A DNA stretch of 64,000 nucleotides from Paraspadella gotoi (GCA_051294375.1 CM119265.1:16312005-16376004), one strand, 5' to 3'; positions 37,312 to 51,984 are shown, counted from the stretch's first letter. Notes: generated by a model not told the origin, from the letters alone. A program made the numbers and translations.

Positions 37312-40300
37312 AAATCATTATTTTATAGTATTATCAATAACAGAACGCTTGTTGGGTGAGATCGGGTTTCCAACAAAAATGTCGCTTTAATTGTGAGTTA
37401 GAAAGAGCCCATGACTATTAAGCGGGCCAAAATTGAACACTTTTTATAACTTCTAATTCTCTCAAAAAAATTTCTTTTTCCTTCTATTACTAATCGATTT
37501 TCAATGCAACTTTTTGAATTAGTTCATTGGGTTGTTGCACTGAAGCTTTTAAATATTTATTAATATATAACAAATGACAAAAATTTTTTTAAAAAAAATT
37601 ATTTTTTAAGAACGGATTCTTATAGAGCTTGAAAAGTTAAATGAAAGTTAGTACTACAATTTTTTTAAAATTTGACAAGAAATGGTTAAAAACAAAAAAA
37701 TGTTTAAAAATCATCATCATCATCATCATTGGCTGGATTTTATAGTTTTTTTAAAATTTTTACCAATAAAACAAAAAAATTTTAAAAATTTGTATTAATA
37801 ACCTTTATCTAACTTTTTAAAGCTCTATCAGAATCTATCAAAAAAAATTGACAAATTCAAAAAAAAATTTAACTTTATATAGTAATAAATAATCTTTAAA
37901 GGCTTCCGTGCGACTTATTAATGAAATATTTTTTCTAAAATTATTTTTATTTTCATATTCTCTAACAGTCACTTTACATTATTTATTTGAGAGAACTTCT
38001 AGTTTTTCAACCTGTTCCGGCCTAATGACTATTGTCCACTAGAAAATTAGAATTGTTCAGTTGTTCAATGTTCATGAAAACTCCAGAAAACTGTTAATAC
38101 TTACAAATGATAAGATAAGGTAGCTTTTTAAGGCAGTTTAAAGTACTCGCCTAAACCTCGGCACTTTCGTTTTTCAATATCATAATCTCTCTCTCTCTCT
38201 CTCTCGCTTGTCAGCTACCTTCTTTGAACGACAAGGAATGCTCTTTTGTCGCCGTCTGAATTTGGCAGAAGACCGGAAGCGACCTCTTCGCGTGTTTCGG
38301 TTTGATGAGATAAGAGCCGCTGTGAGTGGCGCCGTCTTTTAGGATGTCGCTACAATCTGAATGGGAAAGTTTTAAGAGGATATGTGAAAGAAAATGGAAA
38401 AAAAAAGGAAACTGAAGAAAAGCGGGAGAAAAGGAAAGCGCGTAGAATAAGGAATGAAACTGCTATCATAGAATTTCCTTCACTAATCGTAGTATTAATA
38501 ATTCAAATAAAGAAAATTATTCTCATCTGTAGTAAATTCTGTAACATTTTACTTTTTGAATTAAACCAACCCAGAAAACCCAAAGCTAAAATCCGAGTTA
38601 TCTTTGTCACGTGACATCCATAAAATGAATCCCAAGTTGATATTCGCAAATCTCAAAAACATAAAACTGCATGAGAAAGACTCGGTAGCGACTCGTTGCA
38701 ACGCATATCCAACCCAGACTCGATAATTTCTCATCGACTGAGGAATCAATCTTGTGATCTTGTCCCCGGCACCGACTCACAAACAAAATTTTCGGGAGCA
38801 AAAGGAAAACACGCTTTAGAGATATTCCTCTTTTCTTTCGTCGTCATCGTCATCATCATCTTTTTTTTCATTTTCGTCGTCATCTTCGTAGATTGAAGGT
38901 TTTTTATCCGCATCCTTGTCAAAGTCGACATCATCGTCGTCGTCGTCATCATCATCATCATCATCATCATCATTATCATCATCATCATCATCCTTGTCAA
39001 AGTCGACATTATCGTCGTCATCATCTTTTTCATCTTCGTCGTTTATTGAATGGGTTTTTTTTTTCGTCGTCAAAAAATATCAAGAAATATTTTCTTTTAC
39101 TTCATCAGTAGATTTACCTTTTTTTGACTCGACAAAAGCGTCAACTTGTGGTTGTTGTCGTCGTCAAAGTTGTTCCCGAAAAATAATTTTTATTCGTGTT
39201 GATTTTCTTATTAAGTAAGTAATACATATTAGGCGTTATCGTTATCTTTCGTCGGGGAATCAACGAATAAGAATCCGTCTCTTTCGCTCTTATAATTCGT
39301 CGTCGTCGTCATGGTCATCGTCATGGTCGTCGTCGTTTTCTTTCACCCTCTCGGCGAGTCAGGCCGTCACGATTCATCGTCCGTGAGAATAGATGGTCTG
39401 TCGCATCGAAGCCTCGTCTCTTGTTCGCCCTTGACTCGCCTCATCCCTAACTCACCCTCGTCAATTTAATGCGTTGACCCGAATCGTCGTCGTCGTCGTC
39501 GCCCAATCCTCCACCCGCTTCGCTACCCGCTTCCTTCCCTCATTGTCGTCGTCGTCATTTCGAAGCCTGAGGCCTCAGTTGAGGACCTCCTTTCCTTTTA
39601 TTTATAGCCACCTGGTCCCCGTTGGCCTCTCGCCAGAGGCCGGGAGGCCCTTCTCTGGCACGAGACCAATTATCCTTTTTCTGCCCCTGATCAGTCAACC
39701 ACGGTATGACTTGCATCATTTTCCAACCCCATCCTTTAACACGCCCACTCTTTCTCTGCACTCCTTTTACCCATCTTCATCTCACGGTGTTCACTCCTAC
39801 CACTCCCATCCCAGCCGACGCTTCACCTCTTTTCTCACACTCACACTCACAATCCATATTCTTTCCCTCTTTTTCACCTTCCTTCCCTTCACGAACTTCA
39901 TCTTTCTTTCTTCGACCACTTTGCATCCTTAATTCTCCCCCACTCTTCCCCCCCCCCATCTCACCAAACAATTCATCTCCTCGTTCAATATTTTCTTCTC
40001 CGCCGACTTCACCTTTCGCCCTTAACGATCTCATTTCTCACCTCGGAGTGAGATCGGCCGGAGGGGAACTTTCGGCGGAGTCTCTTCCGGCGAATGACTG
40101 ATCTAGTAGCTCCATCGCCTTCCGGCGAGTAATAGAATAATCTTTTTTTGGCGGCGCGAATCGACAAGTCACCCATCGGTCGGTATGTTAGTTTTTATCT
40201 ATAATATAAGTGTTCTTCGGTAATATTAACTCATTCTAACTTATATAATTATATAAATATATCTAAATATAACCATATGTACATAAAAATTGTTTAAAAT

Positions 40301-43300
40301 GGCCTTATCTCTTACATCGTGCCAAATAAAAACGATTCTCTAGACCCATCTAAATTAGAAAATGCACATCAGCACCACAGCACCCCAGCGACTCCTCCAT
40401 CCCCATCAGCTTTCTCCATCTCACCTTCGGGCAAATGTCCGATGACGTTCCTCACTTCCGCCTCCAACTCCGGGATCATGTCGGTCTTCTGCATTACGTC
40501 GTCGATTCTCTCGTGGAGAATGCGCATGCGCATCGCATTCCGATCGTCGACCGTCGTCGACGCCGCCATCCGCGCCTCCAGTTTGGAAACGCGGCCCGAT
40601 TGCTCGTTGTGGAGGCGGACGAGCTTCTCCAGCTTTTTTTGTTTTTTGATGGGGAAGGGAGAAAGGTCGATTGTGAACGAAGCTGTTTCGTTTTTACTTT
40701 AAAGTTCACGAAACGGTTTTTAATAAAGGGCATGTTCATCGTTGTTCCTAACTATTTCAAAGGTTACTTGTCTTTGTTCATTATTCCCCAACGCTGCAAA
40801 CCGTCTCGAATTTCGGAAACGCCCCCTATTCTCCGAAAGAAAAATCAAATAACGGATCTCATAAAGAGACTCAAGCGTGAAAAACTCTGGGTAACGCCCA
40901 CTCGCTGTTATGGTTGCCACGCCTTCAGAAGTCGCGCCGCCCCTCTTACGAAGATAAGAATTTTTGATGTTTCTCTCTCTTTTCTTTCTTCTCATTTGGT
41001 CCTTGAATCTTTTAGAGGGTCTTTTGTTTTTGTGTTGTTATTTTGAAATTGTTAATTTTTAATTTTAACCCTCTCATTTTCGCTATTATAGATTGCAATA
41101 AAGCAACTTATCTTTCAGTCACCTCCGCCATCTTTGCTCTCTCTTACTTTTTTCTCCTGGTCTTTGATGCTGGCATCTTGGTGAAAATCTCGTTGGCTTT
41201 TTTCGCAAGACCGTAAAGTCGCGTTTAAGAACTTGTTCTCCAGTTGCGCCATCTTGAAAAGTGGGAGGGGAGGAGGAAGAGGAGGGGAACGGACTTGAGG
41301 ATGTAAATTTAAAAATAGATTGCTTATCAAAAAAATAAAAAAAGATGTAACCTTGAGATCGGATCTCAACATCCTGAGCTCGATTTGCACCATGGCATCC
41401 TCGGTGTCCTCGATGTGTTCTTTGAAGGATGTCGTTTCAATGTCCAGTTCGGTTTTCACCTGAAAGATCGATAAGAAGGTTATGATCTATTGAATGATGA
41501 ACATCTTTATTCAATAAATACAAATGAAAATTAAGCACTTAAACGCTTTTAATTCTTGAAACTTGTTGGTATTTATATGGTTATAAGATTAATTCAATTT
41601 GGCCTCGTCATTGTGAAGGTAAATTGAAATAGACGTCTTCAAGTTTTTTCGCCGTTTGACTTTTTTTTTACTGAAGTTAACCGTACTGACGTTGATTATT
41701 GCTTGTCTGGCGGAATCCAGCTGACTCTGCCAGGACGACGTCTCCGCTGATTCGATCGCCGAATTCTCCAGTCGCTCGTCCAAGACCTCCAAGCGATCAG
41801 AATTGTTCATGATCATCTCTCCGATCCTTCCGATGTCTCTAAAATAAAAAAATTGAAAAATTCCGATCGTTATAATATTTTTTTGATGTTGTAAATATTA
41901 TTTACTTGTAGTTGAGATTGGCTTGCTTCGAAGCAAGGTCGTAGTGCTTGTGTTCGGCTTCGAGCTTTCCGAGTTGTTGCGTGAAGTTGAAAATGAACTG
42001 TTGCAGTGACGTCATTTGTTCGCGCGACGGTCGCTGTTTTAATGTAGTCAAATATTTGAGATTGCGCTATAATCTCATTTGCATAATGTAGTATGAACTA
42101 AATGGCCAACCGATATCTTTTTTTGCTGTTTCAGTCAAGTGAAGATTAATCCTCGAGATTGAAAAATTAGTATTGAAACAGACCTTATAATGATTATCAG
42201 ATTGTTTTTTATTCTTAAGAGCTGCTCTGTTAAACACTTTTAAGAATTGTTATATATCATAAGTGGTATAGTGGCATCGCTCCGAATCGTCATACACGGC
42301 TTCTAAAATTGAGAATTCGCACCTGTGGTTCTATTTTCTTCTCGGTTTCACCCGAGTGTCCGTCTCTTTTCCTCTTTCCTTCCTCCGAAAGAATTTTCAC
42401 TTTTGAGCTCAAATTTTTCACGTTTTCTTTCACTTTGTCGAAACTTAAAAGGGGAAAAAAATTTATATTGAAATTCCATTTAAAATTTTAAAGATTTTCA
42501 GGCTGTTTTTGAATTTTTTGGTCGGAAACTCTTTCCTGCATTAATTATTTGGCTTTGGGAGGAAAAAAATCCAATTAAACGTTTCAGTTTAAAATTTTAA
42601 AAAGAAAAAGGAGGAAATTCTTGAAGGAAAGCAATGGATTCCATCTGAAAAAAAAAAGAAACATTTCTTCTTTCTTATTTGTTACAAAACTTAGTTACGA
42701 TTTCATTTTATTCTCAGATGTTTTTCAACCACAATGATTATATTTTATCTCCTTTCTGCAATATTATTATTAATATTTTATGGAAATAATGGAAATAATT
42801 AGATAAATTTGGTTTGAAATAAGTGGAAATGTTGAAAGAAAATAGAGACCTACAGTTCAAATTAGAAAATCCAACCGATATGTTTTAGTATTAAGCACTT
42901 CGTAGTAGAAAATATTGGTAAAAGAAAAATAAAAATGTACTAGTAAATCCTACTACGAATTGCTTAATACGAAATCATTCTCTCCTGTGTATGTGATGTC
43001 TCTTCAACAACAAACCGATATGATTTGTAATTTAAGACTTCCTACTTTTTGAGCATTGACGAAACTGAAGCCTTGACGTCGCCGATGACGCGATCTTGAT
43101 CTTTGTATTTCGTCTGAATTTTCTCGAAATTTATTCGCAGCCGCTTTTCCTCTTTGCCAAGTCTATGTAATGTAATCAATTAACGTATTTGATAATGAAA
43201 TTCTGAATACTGAATCTACAGTACTTTGTATATTGAATCGTTTTATTTTTAAAAAAAAAATCACTTTTCCGATCTTTGACCTGACCTTATAACATCCTTC

Positions 43301-46300
43301 TCCACTGCGCCATCGACGCCTTCGAGAAGATCGAGGAGTTGGTCCACCTTCTTCAAGTCTTCCTTCAACTTCGTTTCGTCGTTCGTCGGCGTCGTCGTCT
43401 CCGTTCCCTCGACGGGATCGGACGGCGACGACGATGACGACGACGATGGCGACGACGACGACGTCGTTTTTTTCGTTCCCTCGTTAATTTCGTTGGGGCG
43501 GTTATCTGTATTAAAGTTGTGTCAGTTTAATTGTCTGTATATTTTATGAATTTTACAATTCAATATCCCATTTTCCGTTTCTTTTCATTGATTCTCGTGC
43601 AATTACAAATTCCCGCCTTGTACGACGCTAAATTTAATTCGGGAGACGAATCGTGACGAAACGTGACTGCCCTTCGTTTAAATTAGTCTCTTTAATCATT
43701 TCGAGCCCTTTTTAATAATTCGCTATTTAATCAACGAACGTGAAAAATGAAGCGGTTTAGCCAAGCATTAATGGGGTAACCGACGGGGAAAATAGGCGTA
43801 TTTGTCATGGGCTAAAATTAGTACCGCAGGGGAGTTTGCATTGCGTTTTCCTCCCTCGGTCAATCACACGGACGTTCACCTGTTTTTTTCTCCAACTCAG
43901 TCTTTTTAATCGACGCGGCCGGCGTCATCGGGGCCAGTGGCGTCATCGGCCGCGTTTCCAAGATGGCGCCAAAGTCGTTCCAGAGTCTTTTGGCCATCTT
44001 CTTGGATTTAGAGGGAGCCTCGATGTGAAGGGAGATGAAGGCCTCGAGGCTGCGTTGCGCCGTTTGGAGGTCGGCGCTGGAAGAAAAAAAAAAAGGGAGG
44101 AAGGATTGCGTCTCTCTTCAGCCTCGTTGTGAACGAGAGATAAACGACCTCTCCGCGCGAATCATTCATCATCCGAACCTAAATTTGCTTTGTTCTTCTG
44201 TCATCTTTTCCCGCTGACGGCGCTCCGCCTCTACGGCGGCGGAGAGGGAAAACAAATGATCCTGCATCGAATCCACGGAATTCCTCAGAGCGCGAATCGA
44301 TTTGTTTTGTAGAGTCTGCACCTTTTTCAAGGTTCGAACGTCCAAGCGAATCTGGGGAGAAAAAAATGATGGAGAGGATTTTTTAAAAAAAAGTTTAAAA
44401 GCGCGGGAAGCGGAGTGGAGCGACTCTATTCCCAACCGATCCGAGCGGCCCTTTTGTTTCGTCGCCAAGGGGCTGCATGAATCATGAAAACAAAAGAGAA
44501 ATAGAAAATGCCTAATGAAGCTGGGCGATGGATTAATAAGTAATGGATCCTGAAGGATGTTGAAAAGGATGGGGAGGGAAATCCATAACACAGTGGAGGA
44601 CACCATCTTCTGTATCGTGCAAATTGGTGCCTGCAACTGTAAGGTAACTGTAAGGTTACAATGTTAACTGAGAAAAACTGATTTGGTGATACTACGGACC
44701 TCATCTGCTTAATTTTACTTAAAAAATTCATCGATTTCTATTACCGTTCTATACTTATTAATTCTAGCTTCTTAATAGAATATACGGGACACAAAATCCA
44801 GTACCTGATTTTGATTCCTCTTCAAGTCGTTGACGCCCCAACGTCCGTCTTCCACCTGCAAGAGTCAAACGGTTCCTTCAGTCAAGTAGCAGAAACAAAA
44901 AATATTTGCAAAAAAAGAGCATCTCGCAGTCAATGTAAAAAAAAAGCGTGACTAATTCTACGCAATCAAAAAAAAACAACCGTTTTGTGTGTTTGTGAGT
45001 GCGCACGCACGAAAAGGCGCGAGTTTAACTTGGAAGCGCGTGCAATCGCGTGCTCTGGGGGGTGAGAGATTCTTTTATCGTCGGCGGGTTTACATGCGTG
45101 CGATCGCGACACGTGTACGAGCGTGTGGTTTGAATCGTGAATCTTTTTTTTTTTTTTTAGTCTTTCATTCATGACGTAACCGAAACAAATAAAAAACCTT
45201 CTATTGTCTAATGAAGATTCTCTCCGTTCGACATTTTTTTTTCCCCGCGCGTCAATATGACGTCACTTTCAGCGCCCAAACTTACCGAGGCGCCGCCCAG
45301 AGTGGGCGCTATTCCCGCCAGGAGTCTCTCCATCTCTTCCATCTCTACGACCATCTCTTTCTCAATCCGTTCGTCCATCCGTTCCTCCGAAAACGGAATC
45401 TCTTCCTCCGGATTCATCCTCGCGTTGCCAAATGTTATGCCCTCTGCATCTCCGCTGCCCCAATCATCTGGCCAATTAGCGGCGTCATTGAGCATCGCGC
45501 CCTCTCTCCGACTCGTCGCATCTACGACGCCATTTGCGTCGCCCCTTTTATTCATTCCTCTGGAAATCCACCGGAAGTTATTTTCTTCGCCGACGTTTTG
45601 CTCAATTTTTCCGGCGTTGATTTTCGGATTAGTTTCGACGGTTTTTCCGGCTGTTTTCGTCGGCGAACCGGATATTTTCTCGGCAGATGTCGACTCGGCG
45701 ATTCGTTTATCCGTAAATTCGGCAACGTCACGATTTCCTCCGTCAAACTCGACCGCGTCATCGAAAGACGTCGCCCCCGCGTCTCGGCGGAAATCGTTGG
45801 CGTCATCGGTGACGTCATCCGATCCCTTGACGTGACGCGCGACGTCAGAGACGGCGTCTAAATTGCGATCATTCGGGCGAAGGTAGTCGTGGTTGTCGTT
45901 ATTGTTTTTGTCGTCAATGCTTCGTCTCATTCGAACGCGATTCGGTTGCTAAGCGACCAAGCGACGATAATAGCGACGACGTAGCCGACAAAGGGAAATC
46001 GCGCGGAAAGAAATAGTAGTCGGAAAATTTTGGAGAGAGAGAGAGAGAGGGCAGGGTTTGAGGTTGGTCGGAGGGCCAGGTTTAAAACAAAAAAAAACAA
46101 AAAAAAAACAAAAGGAAAACGGCGGTTACGACTACAGAATTAATAGAACAATTAGTTTCAACGCAATAGCACAGAATTACATTACTGTTACTAAGATTCA
46201 TCTGAAAACTTGCTTGAATTTTTTTTTCATTGAAACTGTTAGTTTCCAAACTAGTTATTCATTCAAAACGCAACTTGTTTTTAGTTCTTGTAGTCACCGC

Positions 46301-47420
46301 CTGGGAGACGAAACGAAAGACAAAGATCGATGCGATCGATGAAAGTGTATTTTGTTTAAATCTTTCGCCGCTATCGAAATCGCGGCGCCGATCAAAGCAT
46401 TTCTCGGAAAAGGAATGAGAAATCTGACTTTGACCGAATCGAAGGAAATCATTATTACGGGGCCTCGGGGGGGGCCTCTCTTTGGGGGGGAGGGGTTGTA
46501 TGTTGCCTCACCTCTTTCCCCAAGTGAAGGATCTTGTTGTGGTCGGCCTGGGCGTTGACTTTGAGAGCGAGGATCTCTGATTTAAGAAAATTTATGGCTT
46601 CGTCCTGTTTGTCCATACGCTCCTGTATCACGCTCACAACGGACCTGTGGGCAGGGAAGGGGGCGTGTGATTATGGCAACGAAAATGTGAATATCAAAAT
46701 ATTTTCTTTTGAGGATTGGTGTTGCTGGTGTTGGATTGCTTGGTTTTCTTTTTCTTCTCTTTTTCTTTCTTTTTTTCTTATCGTCTCTCTTTTCTTTTTC
46801 TTTTTTTTTTTATTTCTTTCTATTCCATTTTTTTCTATTTTTTTATCTTATTTTTTCTTTTCTGCCTTTCTTCAATTTATTTTCCTCTCTGAATGAACCA
46901 CTAGTCCGAGAATCGGGAGTCAAACCGAGCGATGTCGATTACCCAAAAACAATTGGCTTTTTGTTCTTTTTATTTCTTTCTCTTTTTATTTGTTTTCGGC
47001 CCTAAAACCGTCGGATTTAAATCATCCCAGCGCCTCTAGTGGCCATTGATCGAAAATAAAGAATCCATTAAACAGAAAATGGATTAAAAAAAACCCGAAA
47101 GAAAGAAGTAAATAAGACTAAGATTTAACGGTTCGAGAGGCGTGCGAAATATTTCAATTTTTGATTCGTTTTATTTTTTTCAATTTATAGTTATACTCTA
47201 ACTTTCAAATTAGTAATATTAAGTATCCTTTCCTTTGTATGTATTTTGTTAAAAACAAATCGCTCTATGAATATCTGTCTTTGCCAAAATTTAATTTCCT
47301 CTCGTCGTTTCGACGTTTCGGGTAACTCGTATCTCGCAATGGTGAGCCTCACAACAAGCTTCGGTTTTGTTTACATCCGAAAAACGTGGATTAGAACAGG
47401 GAGAATTTTTTTCCCCCTGA

Positions 47421-47507
<87 letters not shown>

Positions 47508-49323
47508 TCTACTGTTTATGTCGAGAACGAGGGAAGCATCGAATTCACCAAAGAGATGTTTACATCGCCGTTTCTTTGGAATTTTTATTTGTTTACCAGT
47601 TGTTATCTCAGCGTCTTTTTTTTTTTTTTGCTCTCATTCCCTTTTTTTCCCTTTTTATATATTTACTTAAACTGCTTCTCTTTCACTTTCCCCGCTTCCT
47701 ATCTTTTTTTCTCTTTCCCCCTTTCTCTCTCTGGGAGTTATAATGTAAGATCAAGACATTAAAATGATGGGCGTAGAATTTTTTTATTTCCCCCATTTTC
47801 TCGGCGTTTTTCTCCTTTTTTTTTCCTTTGGGTTCTCAAGTCTTTGGATTTTTTTGGCCCCAGTTTCCGAATTCTGTCGCCTTGGATCCTCCTTGCAAAA
47901 TGCATGTATTAATTTTATATCACAAGCGCGGTTTTTGGATAAATTTTCGAGACATTTTCCAAATTAATTAATTCTTCGTTCGTTTATCGTTTTAACTTTT
48001 TCAGAGACTCATCGGTGTGACCTTTGGTTCTAAATTTCTAATCACCCCTCGAGTTCACTCTTCTCTCTTTTGAGACCAAAGATGATGAATCGAATTCTTG
48101 GGGACAGATCCGTCACTCTCTCGAAGGGACCATCGTTGACGAGCTTCTCGAGAGGTGCGGTCTTTCAAATCAAGCGTCAACACTGGGATGAAAAAAAACG
48201 AGTTCAAAATACCGGGAAAACGTTACCTTCAATGATCTTTTTTTTTTCTGTAATCTTTAATCCAGTATTGCTGGAGATTTTAATACATATTACATGTTTC
48301 CCTGGATGATTTGTAATTTTAATTTCCTACCGCCGACGATATCTTTATCCCACGAGCGCAAATCACAGCAACTTTTGATTATTGGTTTCCAATCTCTGAT
48401 CTTTTATCTCGCGGTATTCGTATCAGTGATCACGGATCACTCATCTCGGATCTCACGATCGTGAACAACAAACGATCGGGAATTTTGGATTCTTTTACCG
48501 AGATGCTCGTAAAAGAAACCCAAACCCCGAAAAAATAACGCGAATCAAAAAAAAAAAAAAAGAAAGGAAAAAAAAGTCAAGTACCTTCATCGACCTCCGG
48601 AGATTTTATCCGTTTTATCACATCTCACCCCCCCACCCCCCTCCCATCGCCGCCATCCGCCGCGACCAGTTTTCACCGATTCGTTGCCCCCTCGGGGTCG
48701 CGCGGGGTCGATGCGGGGTCACGCCGTCGAGAATTCTCTCTCGCGGGATCACGTGATTCAAAGTCAAAGCGTGAGACAAAAAAAAAAGTCACCGAACTGG
48801 ATTCGCGCGACGATTACAATCTCTTCGTCGTCGCGATTCACGTGACGTTGAACTTTGCACGTCTCACGACTATCGAGCGCTCTTGCCCCACTTTCTCCGA
48901 TCTCACTTTCTCTTCCGTTTCTGATTTCAGCTTGACGGGTTTTAGTTTTTCGTTCACCGGGTTTATTTTTATCTTCCTTCCTCCTCTTGGTTTATTTTTT
49001 TCTCTCAAATTCACAGGCCCGAATTTTCAATTTATTTTTTTAAATTATAGTTTCTATTTGTTTTAAGTTTACTTTTTTCTTTCTTTTTGGTTTCTTTCTT
49101 TTTTTCTTTCTCTCTTTCTCTCTTATTTTCTTTCTTTCTTGGTTTTTCTGGTCTAGTATTTGCTTTCCTCTTTACTCCAATTTTCGCGACACTCCACTCA
49201 AAATTTGTCTTTAATATTTCCTTTTCTTTCTTTTTTTTTTTTAATTTGAGGCGAATTCCTTGTAAATAGAGTTCCGTCGGGGTGGCCAATCCACAGTCAA
49301 TACCGAATATTTCTGAATGGAAC

Positions 49324-49415
<92 letters not shown>

Positions 49416-50509
49416 CCCTCCCATTTTTTCCTCTTCTCCTTTCCTCGCTCTTTTTAATTACCTCTACTTCTCATTCATTTCCATTTCCCCACTTCTCTTC
49501 AACCTCCCTTCTCCTCTCTCTCCCTTCTCATTCTCCCAATTCCTCTTCACAAAGTAAACTCGTAAACAGCTGATTGAGCCATCATCGCCGTCACTAATTT
49601 CGAGCCCGAAGGTCAAAGGATCGAGCCTCGAATTCGTCCATGAGTTTTTAACGATTCACTCTCGAATACCGGCTGTCGAATGTTCTACGCCAATTTTAGG
49701 TCTGCGACCCAATTCGAGTGCTAAAAGAAGAGAAAGCCTATGTTTTAGCGCTGTGAATCACAGTAAGATGCGACGCTATAATTAATTAAATTGACGCTCG
49801 TAAAGAAAATTAAAGTCGACTCTCGATCCTTGCTATTAACCGATAAACGATCGAAATTTCCGCAATTTTCTGCAGAACCTTAATGCAATGAACTCCCGGT
49901 TCGGCAATGAGTTGAAACTCGAGGCCAATTGTGAAAACGGAATATGAACCGAACTCAACCTGCAGCCTCAGTCTATGCAAACATCTCTGCCGTGTATTAT
50001 ATTTCTTGTTTGGCTTCCATATTTTTGAATTCCTTCGACAACAATCATTCTTCCAAGCGTAGAAATTTCCCAGATATTGCCTCGTGACGTAAAAAAATTT
50101 AAATATCTCTCGAACGTTAAATACTCGGGGGAAATTTTAATATCAAAATCTAGAGAACCCGTCGTTGGATCGGGATGAAATTGCGAAGATAAAAAAAAGT
50201 TGAAGAATGAGAGAGATCAAGAAGAAGGGATCGAGGGATCCCCACTTGCTAAGAGATCGGGAAAGGTAAGAGACGTGTGGAAGAGGTGGAGGGCGGGGGA
50301 CTGTGGAAATGTGGATGGAGGGAAGAGGGTTCAGTGCGACGACCATGTCGGTCCCGAGATTCTTTAGGCGAACCTAAATGAATTCGATCCTGTACAACAT
50401 TCCTTTGCCGTCCGTTTTCTTGTTCGAACATTTTTCTCCCGGTTTTTTTTTTTTTGTTAGAACCTGGAGGTTTTGGAGCATTCCTCGTTTGACGGGATTT
50501 GAAATAAAA

Positions 50510-50554
<45 letters not shown>

Positions 50555-51388
50555 CCCCCTTTCTCCGTCTGTTTTTCCTCCTCAGTTTTTTTTTTTAAAC
50601 TGTTTTATTACCTTGAACCCTCTCTCCCCTTTGCTTTGTCCTGTCTTTTTCTCTCAACCTTCGATCTCTGGATAAACGATAAAGTTTTCTCCAGTTTTTT
50701 TCCCCTTTTTGTACCAGGAGACTTCGTTCGTCCGATCGACTTCTTCGCCGAAGTCTTCGGTCGAAAATCCTAAGAACGAAATTGTTTTTTCTTTATAAAA
50801 TTTAGAGAATTTGTTTTTCTCGTCGCTGGATTTGATTTTTTTTTTTTAGCCGCCAGTGTGTCTCACGTTCGTTTACCGAATCTCTTGTTCCCAGAAATAA
50901 CAGAACACAATGAGAGTCTTTGTTCGCTTTTGTTCACTTCGATAACGTGGAGTCTCAGAGTTACAACTTTAAAACCAAATCGAAATGCCAAAAAAATAAA
51001 TGTATAGCAAATATATTGTGTAATTCATATTGTATATTACGAAGGGGAAAAAAAACAAAGCAGGAAAAACATTACATAATAATTACGTACATATTTAAAC
51101 AAACAATCAGAGGAGCAGCCAAACAATGAAGCATTCAAACAAGCAAACCCTACCACCAACCAAAGACGGCCGAAGGAACGGCAAAGCCATTACTTAGATA
51201 TCGACACAAACATATCTAAGAAATGGTCGATTTAAGGCGGACGTGAAGCCATAAAACAAAACAAACACTGAAAAGAAAAGAATCATAAAAGAGACGTTAG
51301 AAAGGAGGGAAAAAAGGAAGGAAAATGAAGGGCAATGAAGACCATCATAAAAAATGGGAGGGGAAAAAACCCGCGGCGAATCACGTTA

Positions 51389-51421
<33 letters not shown>

Positions 51422-51984
51422 CCCGTTTTTGTGTTTGTTTACCTGTCCCTGACCCTTGATGCCGCCTGCAGATCCGTTTCCTCGTCTTCGTCTTCTTCTT
51501 CTTTTTCCGTCGTCGTTCGCCGTTCCTCTCTCGGCGACGGTTTTCGACGTCTATGATTGGTTGATTCCGTATCGGTCTCCGTTAACCAATCGCTGTGAAG
51601 CGACCCGGGTTCGAATCCCGGTTCCGATTCGAACCGAAAGAGATTGTCGTTGTGGTTGTTGTCGACCCAAGCAATTGTCGCGAGTGGCGCTGGAATTTTG
51701 GCGCGAGGCAGAATCTCTGTCCTTTTGGCGTGGCGCGAACGTGAGTGGCGCGAGTGGGCGTGGCGAGAGGCTACTTGGCGTGGAGAAGCGTGAGACGAAT
51801 GACGTTGAGATGTAATCGCGAGGTTTGATTGAAGTTCGTGCGCCCGCGTAGATCGACTCCGTTCAATGGGGCCTTCGTCGACGCCGGAAAACGACGTCTC
51901 TCCTCCACGCGGCGTTTCTCGCGCCTCCAGAGTCTCGACCGGCGTCATAACAACCAGAAACCCCGCGAGGACCAGCCAGGCCAT
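34144..51984 (-). CDS. Scabrous-like secreted coiled-coil + fibrinogen C-terminal (FReD) protein, 19 exons, ~1180 aa: 51984-51443, 46644-46512, 45948-45286, 44855-44805, 44351-44179, 44076-43880, 43505-43286, 43162-43046, 42443-42323, 42033-41906, 41838-41691, 41459-41352, 41252-41148, 40632-40425, 38356-38219, 36670-36555, 36239-36125, 35321-35209, 34298-34144
   Basis: Signal-peptide-like MAWLVLAGFLVVMTPVETLEA, then heptad-rich exons. FReD motifs: LPEDCSDI..SGSYLIKP..VFC, VVQRRFDG..SFDRSWNEYKTGFG..EFWVGNENLHLLT, FSTFDRDND, GWWYKHCHNANLNGRFGIGVIWFNLQRNDWI (scabrous-type shortened end). All phases match apart from one apparent 1-nt deletion in exon 38356-38219. AATAAA on the - strand near 34035-34040. 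Confidence 0.85.
34863..35124 (+). ncRNA. Candidate structured intronic ncRNA with box C/D-like ends (sno/scaRNA-like)
   Basis: GC-rich island in an AT-rich intron. AAG/CTT terminal stem, C-like TGACGA 34868-34873, D box CTGA 35118-35121, long hairpin 34971-35028 with several G-U pairs, and stems 34956-62/35099-105 and 35048-53/35075-80. Confidence 0.4.
37411..38030. mobile_element. Foldback/MITE-like palindromic element
   Basis: ~270-bp diverged inverted arms around a central (CAT)n: gcactgaagcttttaaa...gattcttatagagcttgaaaagtta pairs with taactttttaaagctctatcagaatc...tttaaaggcttccgtgc. Confidence 0.75.
42888..42970. repeat. 21-bp inverted repeat (20/21 match) with a 41-nt spacer; possible tiny MITE
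   Basis: gtattaagcacttcgtagtag (42888-42908) versus ctactacgaattgcttaatac (42950-42970). A degenerate direct copy of the left arm starts near 43013. Confidence 0.75.

Noticed and set aside
38746-39218. Asp-rich ORF in a scabrous-like intron as a nested acidic (biomineralisation-type) gene
   Set aside because: It is built from the (GAT/GAC)n repeats common throughout the window, has stops and shifts, no signal peptide and no compatible splice sites. The flanking exons join in frame without it.
39571-39669. GC-rich fold resembling an HDV-like ribozyme
   Set aside because: P1 and P3 can be drawn, but J4/2 lacks the C-R-A segment, P2 is mismatched, and a simple hairpin competes.
40042-40118. 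Extra cassette exon in the scabrous-like gene
   Set aside because: Its 77-nt length is not phase-compatible with the FReD exon, whereas direct joining gives the expected LPEDCSD.
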